Below the pieces are notes generated by a model. It made no database searches. It saw nothing but the letters and a program-made list of their open reading frames with translations, and had not been told where the DNA came from. A DNA stretch of 64,000 nucleotides, from sequence record OR805294.1. One strand, written 5' to 3'. The translations under genes and the position numbers were made by a program. Of the stretch, positions 38,673 to 48,159 are shown in pieces (positions within the stretch are counted from its first letter, which is position 1; each line of letters starts with the position of its first letter).

Positions 38673-38840
38673 ATGACCAAATTTAATAAAAAATCGTTAG
38701 ATACATATGAAGATAGAGAAGATTATAGAGATGAAGAAACTGGTGACAGGTTAAATAATAAGAAATCTGAACCTAAAAAAAATAATACTGATTATAAGCC
38801 GTTTGGTAAAATTACCAACCGCTATAATAATGATAATTAA
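38673..38840 (+). CDS. Small charged hypothetical protein (55 aa, not in ORF track)
   Basis: AAGGAA SD then MTKFNKKSLDTYEDREDYRDEETGDRLNNKKSEPKK...NNDN*. Confidence 0.5.
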   Translation: MTKFNKKSLDTYEDREDYRDEETGDRLNNKKSEPKKNNTDYKPFGKITNRYNNDN

Positions 38841-38868
38841 ATAGTAAATATTATTATCATTTACTACG

Positions 38869-39288
38869 GTGATAATAATGATAGAAACTATTTTAACCTC
38901 GAGAGTATTTGCTTATGTAGTTTGCATAGGTATAATATCGTTAGCAATAACGCTCTCATATCAAAAATATCAAAAGCTTATTAGTGTAAATAAATCTCTT
39001 GAACAATCTATAGAAACGTTAACTAATGATAATAATTCATTGCAGTTAACTATTTCTGAACAAAATAAAAAGATTGAAACATATATTCAACTTAGATTAT
39101 ATGAAGAATCTATAGCCAAACAAAAAGCAGAATCACATGCTGCTTTAGAAAAACAATTACAAGATACTAAATCTCAGTTAAATGAATTAATAGAACGTAG
39201 AAAGAATGAGGCACCAAATGATCAAAGTGTGTTATGCTCTACTGTCAGGATTGATCCTGCTTTACGCAACTGGATGCTCGCAAACTAA
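38869..39288 (+). CDS. Inner-membrane spanin (Rz-like)
   Basis: N-terminal TM helix, long coiled coil, C-terminal CS...IDPALRNW; overlaps a lipoprotein gene. Confidence 0.75.
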   Translation: MIIMIETILTSRVFAYVVCIGIISLAITLSYQKYQKLISVNKSLEQSIETLTNDNNSLQLTISEQNKKIETYIQLRLYEESIAKQKAESHAALEKQLQDTKSQLNELIERRKNEAPNDQSVLCSTVRIDPALRNWMLAN

Positions 39289-39535
39289 ACCAGTTAAGTC
39301 TGTAGTGATAGAAAAGGAAATAGTTCCTGTTCTTCCGCCAGATTCTCTTATAGTATATTGTTACGAAAATGAAAATCCCGATACGTATGGCGAAGCGGTA
39401 GGTTCGGTTAAAAAACTAAAATCTATAATTAAAAATTCTTGTAATAAAAATATGAAAGATATAGAACTTTGGAAATCTGAAGTTAAAAAACTATATCCTA
39501 CTGCGAATGACTTAGAAACAAAAAAGCAGCCTTAA
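39206..39535 (+). CDS. Outer-membrane spanin lipoprotein (Rz1-like)
   Basis: Lipobox LYATG-C, then Pro-rich VPVLPPDSL and a second Cys; overlapped with the i-spanin. Confidence 0.75.
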   Translation: MRHQMIKVCYALLSGLILLYATGCSQTKPVKSVVIEKEIVPVLPPDSLIVYCYENENPDTYGEAVGSVKKLKSIIKNSCNKNMKDIELWKSEVKKLYPTANDLETKKQP

Positions 39536-39546
39536 GCTGCTTTTTT
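39520..39546. terminator. Bidirectional terminator between spanins and holin
   Basis: AAAAAAGCAGC-cttaa-GCTGCTTTTTT. Confidence 0.8.
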
Positions 39547-39795
39547 ATTGTCCGAGTCGCATGGGTTTATTTTATCTTTTATATTCTGTTTTATATAACT
39601 TCCTGCAATACCTAGTATACTAAACAAACATACTAATCCTATAAATACGTGAGTTTCTATCAAAGAACTAAATCCAATAATTGCTGGAACACCGTATTGT
39701 GCAATAGCCATTAATAAATTCACTACATGGAAAATATAAGAATATCTTTTATATATTTTAGTCCAATTATCTGTTAATTTAAGTTTCCTAAACAT
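39532..39795 (-). CDS. Holin
   Basis: 87 aa with two hydrophobic segments and a charged tail; KLTDNW..IYKRYS N-terminus; overlaps the endolysin end. Confidence 0.7.
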   Translation of the reverse strand: MFRKLKLTDNWTKIYKRYSYIFHVVNLLMAIAQYGVPAIIGFSSLIETHVFIGLVCLFSILGIAGSYIKQNIKDKINPCDSDNKKAA

Positions 39796-40289
39796 ACATT
39801 CCTCTCTTCAGTTCTTCGTTTTACTAATCCTTTTAAAACAACTCCTCCTGCTTTAGTCCATTTTAGCAATTCGTTGCATGCTCCTACTTTATCGCCTGCA
39901 TTTAATTTTCTAAGCATTGTGGATTGATTTCCATTTTTTAATGTGACAAATCCGTCTTTAACCCCTTTTTTCCCTGGTCCTACGTTATATAAGAACGAAA
40001 GAAACGCAGCATGTTCGTATGGCGTTAATTCTACCTTTACTACATTTGTTAAGATTTTATTATGTTCTAAAAGATCTTTTGCTAATTGATCCAAACATTG
40101 GCTGTCTGTAAATTGTTGTCCTTTTTTTAGCTCAGGTCCGGTGTGACCGTAGCAAGATGTTAAAATTCCTACTGGATCTACATATACCTTGTTTACTTTA
40201 CCTTCAAACGGAGCCAATAGTGCTCCTCCTAGTGCAATTGCACCGGATAATCCCATTGCAATTAATTTTTTTCTAATATTATTATCCAT
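39774..40289 (-). CDS. SAR endolysin, GH24 muramidase (R21-like)
   Basis: Gly/Ala-rich SAR helix LIAMGLSGAIALGGALL, then catalytic E-8aa-D-5aa-T (FEG...YVDPVGILT) and GLVKRRTEERNVC. Confidence 0.9.
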   Translation of the reverse strand: MDNNIRKKLIAMGLSGAIALGGALLAPFEGKVNKVYVDPVGILTSCYGHTGPELKKGQQFTDSQCLDQLAKDLLEHNKILTNVVKVELTPYEHAAFLSFLYNVGPGKKGVKDGFVTLKNGNQSTMLRKLNAGDKVGACNELLKWTKAGGVVLKGLVKRRTEERNVCLGNLN

Positions 40290-40409
40290 ACTAATCCTTT
40301 ATAAAATAAAACGTGTTAACATATATGTCAACTATATGTATAACGGCAGCTTTGCAATAGTAGCATTATGCTATATACTGTTTTTATAACATAAACCGTT
40401 GGAGTATAT

Positions 40410-40841
40410 ATGACACTTATTTCGCAAATAAAAGCAGATCAACTTTCTGCTCGTAAATGTAAAAATAAAATAGCTACATCTCTCCTTACTACACTACTTT
40501 CAGAAGCATCTCAACCCGGCATAAATGACGGAAAGAGAGAATCTACAGATAACGAAGTAATAAGTGTAATTAATTCGTTTATCAAGAATAACAAAATAGC
40601 ACAAGAAAATGCTAGCAAAGATATTCTTTGCGTATTACAAGAAGAATTAGCTATCTTAGTTTCTTATCTACCCGAACAATATACAAAAGATAAATTAACT
40701 GAGATTATATCTAAATATATAAATAATAATCCTGATTTTACTATTTCGTCTGTTATGCAGTATTTACGACAAAATCATTCAGGAAAATATGAAGGTAGAA
40801 TGGCAAAAGAAATAATTGATACGTGTATGCAGGGAGTTTAG
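40410..40841 (+). CDS. GatB/YqeY domain protein
   Basis: LISQIKADQLSARK...SLLTTLLSE...LQEELAILVSYLPEQ...VMQYL..HSGKYEG. Confidence 0.8.
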   Translation: MTLISQIKADQLSARKCKNKIATSLLTTLLSEASQPGINDGKRESTDNEVISVINSFIKNNKIAQENASKDILCVLQEELAILVSYLPEQYTKDKLTEIISKYINNNPDFTISSVMQYLRQNHSGKYEGRMAKEIIDTCMQGV

Positions 40842-40842
40842 T

Positions 40843-41055
40843 GTGAAAATTTTAGAAATGGCAGAATCTAGTTGGATAGAATTTGTAGAAAGAAAAGACA
40901 ATGATGTTATATTGCAGACAAAGTCTGGATATACATATCTTATAAAACGAGTTCCAGATGACGTGTGGCTTGAATGGAATATAGCTCCTTCTGCAGGGGC
41001 GTATTTTGTTGCAAATATAAGAAACAAATATCAAATTAATAAAGTTGTAGGATAA
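40843..41055 (+). CDS. KTSC domain protein
   Basis: GGGAG SD + GTG 40843; SSWIE...G.TY..KRVPDDVW..W..APSAGAYF..NIRNKY. Confidence 0.75.
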   Translation: MKILEMAESSWIEFVERKDNDVILQTKSGYTYLIKRVPDDVWLEWNIAPSAGAYFVANIRNKYQINKVVG

Positions 41056-41525
41056 TGATAGAAATAATAGCAGCAATTGGACCTAAATTAGAAATAGGAC
41101 TCAATGGACGATTGCCATGGAATTACATATCGGAGGATATGGCTCATTTTAAAAAACACACAATAGGGAAATGTGTTATAATGGGTAAGACGACGTTTGA
41201 GAGTTTAAATAAAATACCTCTGTCTGGTCGTACTAACATTGTGATGTCTACTAATGAAATTTACACAGGCGTATGCAACGTAAGATCGGTTAAAGATGCG
41301 TTAGATACAGCAATGATAAAAGACAAAGGAATTGCAGTGATCGGCGGCGCCAGCATCTATAAACAATTTGAAGGTATAGCAACTAAACTTGTAATAACAC
41401 ATATACCGGATAAGTATATATCGTCTGCAGATACTTATTTTCCAATAGATCTAAATAACTGGAATGTTTTTAACGAATATAATATAACATCTGATATAAT
41501 TGTTAAGGAATATGTTAAAAAATGA
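41055..41525 (+). CDS. frd: Dihydrofolate reductase
   Basis: IGLNGRLPW..SEDMAHFK, IMGKTTFESL, LSGRTNIV, IGGASIY, DTYFP. Confidence 0.95.
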   Translation: MIEIIAAIGPKLEIGLNGRLPWNYISEDMAHFKKHTIGKCVIMGKTTFESLNKIPLSGRTNIVMSTNEIYTGVCNVRSVKDALDTAMIKDKGIAVIGGASIYKQFEGIATKLVITHIPDKYISSADTYFPIDLNNWNVFNEYNITSDIIVKEYVKK

Positions 41526-41767
41526 TATTTTTTCATATTTTAGGGGTTGTAGGTACAGTATGTGTATTATTCTGTTATTGGATGATAGCAGAAGGTAAAT
41601 GGACAAATAAAACTAAAAAATATTATTTAATTAATGGAATCGGCGCGTTATTTTTGTTAGCTAGTTTGATTGTTAATTTTAATTTAGGATCTGTAATTCT
41701 GGAGATATTCTTTTTGATTATTACTGTTCGTGGATATTTAAAGGCAATAAAAGAAAACAATGTATAA
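41522..41767 (+). CDS. Small three-helix membrane protein
   Basis: Hydrophobic 81 aa; YYLINGIGALFLLASL; resembles CBU_0592-type membrane proteins. Confidence 0.65.
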   Translation: MIFFHILGVVGTVCVLFCYWMIAEGKWTNKTKKYYLINGIGALFLLASLIVNFNLGSVILEIFFLIITVRGYLKAIKENNV

Positions 41768-42029
41768 CGAAATAATAAACCTTATAAATTCTGAACAAGA
41801 ATTCAAGAGATTATTAAAGGCGTCTGATACTAATTTTCCTGTAAAAATATCTAAACATTTTATATTTGATAAATCTTCTAATGTTTCTCTAAATATGAAA
41901 GATATAATTTATCCTGTTGCATGTATAACTGTGTTTTCATTTGTACAAAATACAGATATAGGTGTATGTAATCATCATGTATATCCATTAGAGTGCATTA
42001 AAGCTAAATTGTTTACTGAGGAAAATTAA
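41760..42029 (+). CDS. Hypothetical protein
   Basis: Tightly coupled ORF in the operon. Confidence 0.6.
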   Translation: MYNEIINLINSEQEFKRLLKASDTNFPVKISKHFIFDKSSNVSLNMKDIIYPVACITVFSFVQNTDIGVCNHHVYPLECIKAKLFTEEN

Positions 42030-42584
42030 ATGGGATCTCATTTAATAAAAACTGGTGTAAAAAATATAAAAAATAATTCTCAACAGATAGAATTTGACGA
42101 TATAGTTAAGTTAGTATCTGATTCGTATAACAGATGTGTAAATGAAATAAACAAATCAAAAATAGAATCCGATCTGTTATTAGAAACAACGTATTCTGAA
42201 GAATTAGAATACGTCGAACGGATAATTAATTTTTATAGGAAAAAAAATACAAAATTATTGTTAAATGCAATGAAAATTACTAAAACAAAACATTTACTTT
42301 TTTCTATTAAGTCTGCACCTGGTCGCCTTGCTCACGGCGAAGTGCTATGTATTGGTAGATATAAAGGTTGGCCATCTGCTTGGGCTATACTTGAAAATGT
42401 AATAGGTATACACACATCTTGTGGTAATTCTAATCAACAACAATTTCAACTATTAAATATAAACTTAATAGACAAAAAATTTATTAATAACGTAGTGGAT
42501 GAAAATGGAAATATAGTTAATGATTCCGAAATTCGTAAGGAATTAGAAGAATACGCTGTAGTAACCAGGAAAAATTGGTATTAA
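42030..42584 (+). CDS. Hypothetical protein
   Basis: Tightly coupled ORF, 184 aa. Confidence 0.65.
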   Translation: MGSHLIKTGVKNIKNNSQQIEFDDIVKLVSDSYNRCVNEINKSKIESDLLLETTYSEELEYVERIINFYRKKNTKLLLNAMKITKTKHLLFSIKSAPGRLAHGEVLCIGRYKGWPSAWAILENVIGIHTSCGNSNQQQFQLLNINLIDKKFINNVVDENGNIVNDSEIRKELEEYAVVTRKNWY

Positions 42585-42599
42585 TAATAGGGGTAAAAC

Positions 42600-43163
42600 A
42601 TGAATATTTCCTTGCGCCGCGCTAGAAAATTAGAAATTAAATTAAAGAATTTTTTAAATGAATCTGCAAATTATAAAGCACAGATTAGGGTAAATTCTAA
42701 TAGTGAACAAATCATAGAAACACTACATGTATCTAGGGTAAAATTTGAAACTGAATTAGAAAATAAAAGAAAACTAATATCTGCTAGATTTAAAATAAGA
42801 GAACTAATTGGTAAAAATAATCACAACGTAGGCATCGATAATCTTATTACCCAGAGAGAGCACATAAAAGAACAAATAGTTCTTCTGCAAACTATGTTAC
42901 TTAATGATACTGTAGAAGATTGTATTGCATGTGATATAATAGAAGCAGAACGAAAACTCAATGAATCTATGGGTAAGAAAACTACTGTAGTTCCTGTTTC
43001 TATTATAAATTCTAATTTAAAATCAAAATACTTATTAGAAAAAAATTCATTAAAAGCACGTTTAGACGAAATTGATGAAAAGATTTTATCGTTAAACAAT
43101 TCTACTACTATAACAATTGATGACGATATAAAAGAATTATTGCTAGATAATAGGCTTATTTAA
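42600..43163 (+). CDS. Hypothetical coiled-coil protein
   Basis: GGGG SD; MNISLRRARKL...LLSLNNSTTITI. Confidence 0.7.
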   Translation: MNISLRRARKLEIKLKNFLNESANYKAQIRVNSNSEQIIETLHVSRVKFETELENKRKLISARFKIRELIGKNNHNVGIDNLITQREHIKEQIVLLQTMLLNDTVEDCIACDIIEAERKLNESMGKKTTVVPVSIINSNLKSKYLLEKNSLKARLDEIDEKILSLNNSTTITIDDDIKELLLDNRLI

Positions 43164-43234
43164 TAATCATATATAACTATTGACGTTATATTTTAATTGT
43201 GTTTTACTATGTAAAAAATTTAAGGAATAAAAAT

Positions 43235-43486
43235 ATGAAAGTAGAAATTTACGGTAAAGAAAATTGTCCGCATTGTAAAAATGCAGTTCAGTTATGTGAA
43301 ATGAGGGGATTAGAATACCATTATTACGATGTTAGTGATCAAGAAACCGGACCGGAATTAATAACAGAATTAACTAATCGCATAGGAACTAGACCGAAAT
43401 CTGTTCCTCAAATTTTTATCGATAATCAACATGTGGGGGGATATACTCAGTTTCATTGTGCATTAGATGCAGCAAGGAATATGTAA
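43235..43486 (+). CDS. Glutaredoxin
   Basis: AAGGA SD + ATG 43235; CPHC active site, SVPQIFID..HVGGY. Confidence 0.93.
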   Translation: MKVEIYGKENCPHCKNAVQLCEMRGLEYHYYDVSDQETGPELITELTNRIGTRPKSVPQIFIDNQHVGGYTQFHCALDAARNM

Positions 43487-43636
43487 ATAAAACTATTGTA
43501 TGTTTTTGTGTAAAGATGTAATACTTCGTTTTATCGGTTAAATTTTAAAAATTTTCTAATTCAGTAAACATAAAGGTCTTGTTAGAAACATTTTGTAAAA
43601 ATTTCTTTAAAATTTATATAGATATTTGGTTATTAT

Positions 43637-44167
43637 ATGTCTAGCATATATAGTAAGTTAAAAGATATAATAATTATCGATGTGGAAGCTAGTGGATCGT
43701 ATCCTATAGAGATTGGATTTATAACTAGTTCGGGCAAAATAGAATCTAATTTAATAAGAAGACACCATTCTTGGTTATCTTGGGACTATAGAGCAGAAAG
43801 AAAAGTCCATAAAATTTCTAAGAATATGCTTAGCTCGCACGGAATAAGTGTCAGGAATGCTTGCACATGGTTAAATGAGTCGTTATGCGGAAAGACTGTA
43901 TATTCTGATTGCGCACAAAATGATAATAAGTGGTTGCGTGCATTATTTTCTGCAGGAAACTGCGGGCAGAATTTTAGAGTATTAGATACTAACAATCTAA
44001 TGCCGCAGTATCCGAAACGGTTTTATAATGAAAAATTTTTAGAATTTAAGAGAAAGAATTATAAATTAACTCAACAACACAGAGTAGATTCAGATGTTTT
44101 AGTAATTAAAGATTCTTTATTGGAACTAGCAGAATTGGAAGAGTTTATTAATGAGCAGTTTAACTGA
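43637..44167 (+). CDS. DEDD-family 3'-5' exonuclease
   Basis: IIDVEASG..PIEIG, YSD...ND.KWL, QHRVDSDV. Confidence 0.8.
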   Translation: MSSIYSKLKDIIIIDVEASGSYPIEIGFITSSGKIESNLIRRHHSWLSWDYRAERKVHKISKNMLSSHGISVRNACTWLNESLCGKTVYSDCAQNDNKWLRALFSAGNCGQNFRVLDTNNLMPQYPKRFYNEKFLEFKRKNYKLTQQHRVDSDVLVIKDSLLELAELEEFINEQFN

Positions 44168-44330
44168 TATAAAAGAATTGATAGAAAAGAAGAGCATTAA
44201 TATAACCATACTAGAATTTTCTGGCTGGTACTTAAAGACTAATATTGGTATTTTTACATTAATAGGAGACCAGTATTATAAAGATGGAACACCTATTTCT
44301 AAAAAAGAAATTGAGGAACTTCTAAAATGA
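44151..44330 (+). CDS. Hypothetical protein (59 aa, below ORF-track cutoff)
   Basis: MSSLTDIKELIEKKSINITILEFSGWYLK...KKEIEELLK*; fills the gap and overlaps the next start (ATGA). Confidence 0.6.
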   Translation: MSSLTDIKELIEKKSINITILEFSGWYLKTNIGIFTLIGDQYYKDGTPISKKEIEELLK

Positions 44331-44614
44331 AACGAGTTGCATTATTGATACCATTGTGTGTTTTATATGGTTGCAGTTCTAATCCATACGAAAACAATAT
44401 AGTCAATAATGCAACTCGTTATGTAACAGTAGAAACACCAGAAACAATAAGCAGAAACATTGCAAACCGATATGTATTAAATACCGATGAATTTCCTGCA
44501 AAACCCCACGACACATATAAAATGTATGGCGAACAAATTAAATCTACCTTTAGGGGAAATGCAAGAAGATTAATAGAATCTACTATTATTTCTATATTTA
44601 GAAATAATAGATAA
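44327..44614 (+). CDS. Putative lipoprotein
   Basis: MKRVALLIPLCVLYG-CSS lipobox. Confidence 0.7.
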   Translation: MKRVALLIPLCVLYGCSSNPYENNIVNNATRYVTVETPETISRNIANRYVLNTDEFPAKPHDTYKMYGEQIKSTFRGNARRLIESTIISIFRNNR

Positions 44615-44616
44615 TA

Positions 44617-45045
44617 TTATTTCTTTCTTTTCTTAGATGCTACAGGTTTTATTTCGTCTGCTGTATGTTCTGTTTTGGATTCGTTATTAAATGTAGTTTC
44701 ATTAGAAACAATTGCTTTATTTGTCGGTTTCTCTTCTATTTTAGAAAAATCTTTACATGCATCCCATTCAAATTCTTTAAAATGTGCAGGACCATCGTAT
44801 ACAACTACTCTTACTTCTTCGATTTTTAAAGTAGGATATACTACACCATCTATTTCTACTAAGCCGCAAATTTCAAACTCCTTTAAGAGCGAAGGATCGG
44901 TTTGATTAGTTAACACACATCTTCCGGTGCATTTACCTACCTCTACATTAAATTTTCTATTGCTGATTTGGGATAATATTGTTGCTTTTCCTGCAGGTTC
45001 ATAAGGAACTTTGGCAAAAAATTTTACTTTATTAAGAAATATCAT
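44617..45045 (-). CDS. Hypothetical late protein, antisense to its neighbours
   Basis: AGGAG SD and GATAAATA (45076-45069) upstream; basic C-terminus. Confidence 0.7.
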   Translation of the reverse strand: MIFLNKVKFFAKVPYEPAGKATILSQISNRKFNVEVGKCTGRCVLTNQTDPSLLKEFEICGLVEIDGVVYPTLKIEEVRVVVYDGPAHFKEFEWDACKDFSKIEEKPTNKAIVSNETTFNNESKTEHTADEIKPVASKKRKK

Positions 45046-45068
45046 AATCTTCTCCTAAGTTTATTTAA

Positions 45069-45076
45069 TATTTATC
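45069..45076 (-). promoter_or_regulatory. Putative late promoter GATAAATA
   Basis: About 24 nt upstream of ORF44617-45045. Confidence 0.6.
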
Positions 45077-45156
45077 TGCTAATACATTTGACGAAATACA
45101 TTGAATATTTTAAAATATTGCAAATAAACACGTATAATTCAGTTTGGGAGTGTAGC

Positions 45157-47340
45157 GTGAAATTAGAATCGGATAATTCTGTAACAATAGAATCTACAAA
45201 CATGGTAGGTGGAAAATCTTTCACTATTAAAAATAGTCCGAAAGCCTTTTCTATTCTATCTAACGGGTTATATAAAGATAAAATTCGTGCAATTGTAAGA
45301 GAAATTGGGTGTAATGCACGAGATAGTCATGTTGCAGCAAATAAATGTGATGTTCCTTTTGAATATCATGTTCCTACTGATTTAGAGCCGTTTTTTAGCA
45401 TAAAAGACTTCGGTGTAGGTTTAGATTACAACGAAGTAATGAATATTTATACTACTTATTTTGATTCTACAAAAACACAATCAAATGATTTTATTGGTGC
45501 TTTTGGGCTCGGATCAAAGTCACCGTTTTCCTATGTAGATAATTTTTCTATAATTTCTACAAAAGATGGAATAACAAGAACTTTCGCTGCATTTATAAGT
45601 GAATCTGGTGTTCCGGATATGCTTATGCTAAGCGAAATAAAAACAAATGAGCCCAACGGAGTTGAAGTAAAGATTCCTGTATCAAATCGGGCTGATTACA
45701 AAATTTTTGATAAAAACTGTGTAGATGTATATTCGTGGATGAATGTGTTGCCAGTAGAAGTAAATGGCCACCATGTATTAAAAACCCCAGAAGTTTTTCT
45801 ATCTGTAACAAACAGAGCTACAATATATAAAGGCACTAACGAATCACATAAACTATACGCAAGACAGGGCGGAGTATTATATCCAATTGATATAGAATCT
45901 ATATCCGAAGAATATCTTGATGATAGCTATGTCCGTAAATTAGATAATAGAAACTTTTATTCATATTTTGTTGTAATAGATTTTAGTATAGGAGAATTAG
46001 ATGTATCTGCATCTAGGGAAGAATTATCTTATATTCCGTTAACTCAGAAAAATTTATCTACTGCATTAATTGATTTCGTATGTTCCTTTACTAAAGCTAT
46101 CACAGATGATATAAATTCGAATATAGACGCAGTAACGAAAACAAAAGTGTTATATGAATATAAACAGAAATCATTTAATATATTTGTTCCTGATATAAAA
46201 ACATTAACCAATATCATATATGCCAATATTTCGGATTCTGTAGAGATAGGTCAAGTATATATACCGATATCTGAAGTAAAAGCATTGTTTACCAATGTTA
46301 ACTATTATACACTGGATTATGGTATTTTTAGGAAGGCAAGATTTTTAGTTACATACTATAAACATCTAAGTACAGGTGAAATAAAAAGGTATAGAAATTA
46401 TACTTCCAGTGCCTCATACGAAGGTATAACATATATTTCTGATAATATAGCAATTGACGATAGTAATACTGTAAAATATTTTATAATAGATGATAATACA
46501 TCGACAAGAGCAATAAGAGACTATATATCGAATATTTACAGAGCACGGTGTAAAGTTATAATTTGTAAAAATAAAAATGGAAAAATAAAAAGAAACGATA
46601 TATATAATTTCGCAAGAAAATATTATATTTCTAAATCGCAAATTATATTTTCGTCTGATCTAAATATTCCTGTTATTCCTAAGCAAAATAACAGAATCAA
46701 AAAAGAAGATGAAGAATGTATTTTGTTATGCAGAAGTTTTAATATATGGAAAGAATCGATAGTAAAGCTGTCTGATATAAAGGATGATTGCTATTATGTA
46801 GAATTTTCTGGATGGAATATGACTACTGATTTGTCTGATTCGGATATTACTGCACTTACATTATATCATTCTAAACCGATATACGGGGTAAGAAAGATAA
46901 CCTTAGAACAAGTCAAGAAAAATAAACATTTTATTCCTATTACTGATCATGTAATAGATGAAATGTATAATAATGTTAAGGATGTTATAAAACAGTGTAG
47001 ACCAGATTCTACTTATTCCGATGTAGACAAATTGCTTTATTATATAAATTCTGCAAACTTAAAGGACTCATTAACAAATACTGAAATAAAAGAATATGAA
47101 AAATACAAAAATACTTATAAACCGATTAGTGAGTCGTCGATTAAAAATATCATACGACATTTAGATACAGAAAAACTAGATAATCAATTAAAAATAATAC
47201 ATAAACGCGCCAGCCGGTACGAAAATATTCTATCTAAGTATCCGCTTATTGAACACGTCAATTTAAGTGAAGTAGGTATAATACACGTAGTGAATTATAT
47301 GAATATGATAGATAACAACGGAGAATCTAAAAATGACTAA
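45157..47340 (+). CDS. rIIA: rIIA-like protein (GHKL/Hsp90-type ATPase N-terminus)
   Basis: LYKDKIRAIVREIGCNARDSH, IKDFGVGL, STKTQSNDFIGAFGLGSKSPFSY; GGGAG SD before GTG 45157. Confidence 0.9.
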   Translation: MKLESDNSVTIESTNMVGGKSFTIKNSPKAFSILSNGLYKDKIRAIVREIGCNARDSHVAANKCDVPFEYHVPTDLEPFFSIKDFGVGLDYNEVMNIYTTYFDSTKTQSNDFIGAFGLGSKSPFSYVDNFSIISTKDGITRTFAAFISESGVPDMLMLSEIKTNEPNGVEVKIPVSNRADYKIFDKNCVDVYSWMNVLPVEVNGHHVLKTPEVFLSVTNRATIYKGTNESHKLYARQGGVLYPIDIESISEEYLDDSYVRKLDNRNFYSYFVVIDFSIGELDVSASREELSYIPLTQKNLSTALIDFVCSFTKAITDDINSNIDAVTKTKVLYEYKQKSFNIFVPDIKTLTNIIYANISDSVEIGQVYIPISEVKALFTNVNYYTLDYGIFRKARFLVTYYKHLSTGEIKRYRNYTSSASYEGITYISDNIAIDDSNTVKYFIIDDNTSTRAIRDYISNIYRARCKVIICKNKNGKIKRNDIYNFARKYYISKSQIIFSSDLNIPVIPKQNNRIKKEDEECILLCRSFNIWKESIVKLSDIKDDCYYVEFSGWNMTTDLSDSDITALTLYHSKPIYGVRKITLEQVKKNKHFIPITDHVIDEMYNNVKDVIKQCRPDSTYSDVDKLLYYINSANLKDSLTNTEIKEYEKYKNTYKPISESSIKNIIRHLDTEKLDNQLKIIHKRASRYENILSKYPLIEHVNLSEVGIIHVVNYMNMIDNNGESKND

Positions 47341-48076
47341 TGCAATTCCATATATTATTAGAAAAGATAGTGTAACGGTGGTATTAACTGATACTCCGTA
47401 TATCATAAGGGAATCTGATAAAAAATATAAAAAAGCAATTAAATTTATAAAAGCCGAACAGTGGGATGAATTAAAGAAATTAATTGATGTTAAAAATCAT
47501 ATTTCTGAATTCCTGAATGGTAAAATTAAAGTAGTCCGCGGTCGGTTTGAGTATAATGGTCAGGTAATTCATAATTCCTTAACTAAACGGATTATGCAAA
47601 TGCATTCTGACGGTTTTCCAGTAGACCCGATGATTAATTTCCTTGTAAATTTAATGGAAAATCCTAGTTTTACTGCGGTTAATGGTTTGTATGATTTCTT
47701 AGAAACAAATAATCTTCCTATTACTACTGACGGATTCTTTTTAGCATACAAACGAATTCGTGAAGATTATACTGATGTAAGAACTGGCACAATAGATAAC
47801 AGCGTAGGTAAAGTTGTTTCTATGCCAAGAAATGAAGTACAAGATAACAGCAATATTACTTGCGCTCCTGGATTGCATGTATGTTCGCGCGAATATCTAC
47901 AACATTTTAGTGGTGAAAAGGTAATATTAGTAAAAGTAAATCCTAAAGATGTGGTGTCTGTTCCTAAGGATTATAATTTTTCTAAAATGCGTACTTGTAA
48001 ATACGAAGTAATATCCGAGCTGTCGTTAGAAGATGCGTTTGAAGATATTGCATCTAACAAGCCAGTTCACAGTTAA
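47333..48076 (+). CDS. rIIB: rIIB-like protein
   Basis: FLVNLMENPS..AV..LYDFL, ITTDGFFLAYK, CAPGLHV, KVNPKDVVSVP.DY...KMR.CKYEV. Confidence 0.9.
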   Translation: MTNAIPYIIRKDSVTVVLTDTPYIIRESDKKYKKAIKFIKAEQWDELKKLIDVKNHISEFLNGKIKVVRGRFEYNGQVIHNSLTKRIMQMHSDGFPVDPMINFLVNLMENPSFTAVNGLYDFLETNNLPITTDGFFLAYKRIREDYTDVRTGTIDNSVGKVVSMPRNEVQDNSNITCAPGLHVCSREYLQHFSGEKVILVKVNPKDVVSVPKDYNFSKMRTCKYEVISELSLEDAFEDIASNKPVHS

Positions 48077-48088
48077 TAAAACTGTACA

Positions 48089-48117
48089 TAAAAAGGGATG
48101 CATTGCATCCCTTTTTA
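48089..48117. terminator. Terminator
   Basis: TAAAAAGGGATGCA-t-TGCATCCCTTTTTA. Confidence 0.8.
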
Positions 48118-48159
48118 TTTTATTATAAAATATGTTACTATCCTTTAATGGTATAAAAT

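Noticed and set aside
38651-38840. Apparent frameshifted pseudogene MQIKELTDDQI*
   Set aside because: An in-frame ATG at 38673 with an AAGGAA SD gives an intact 55-aa ORF.
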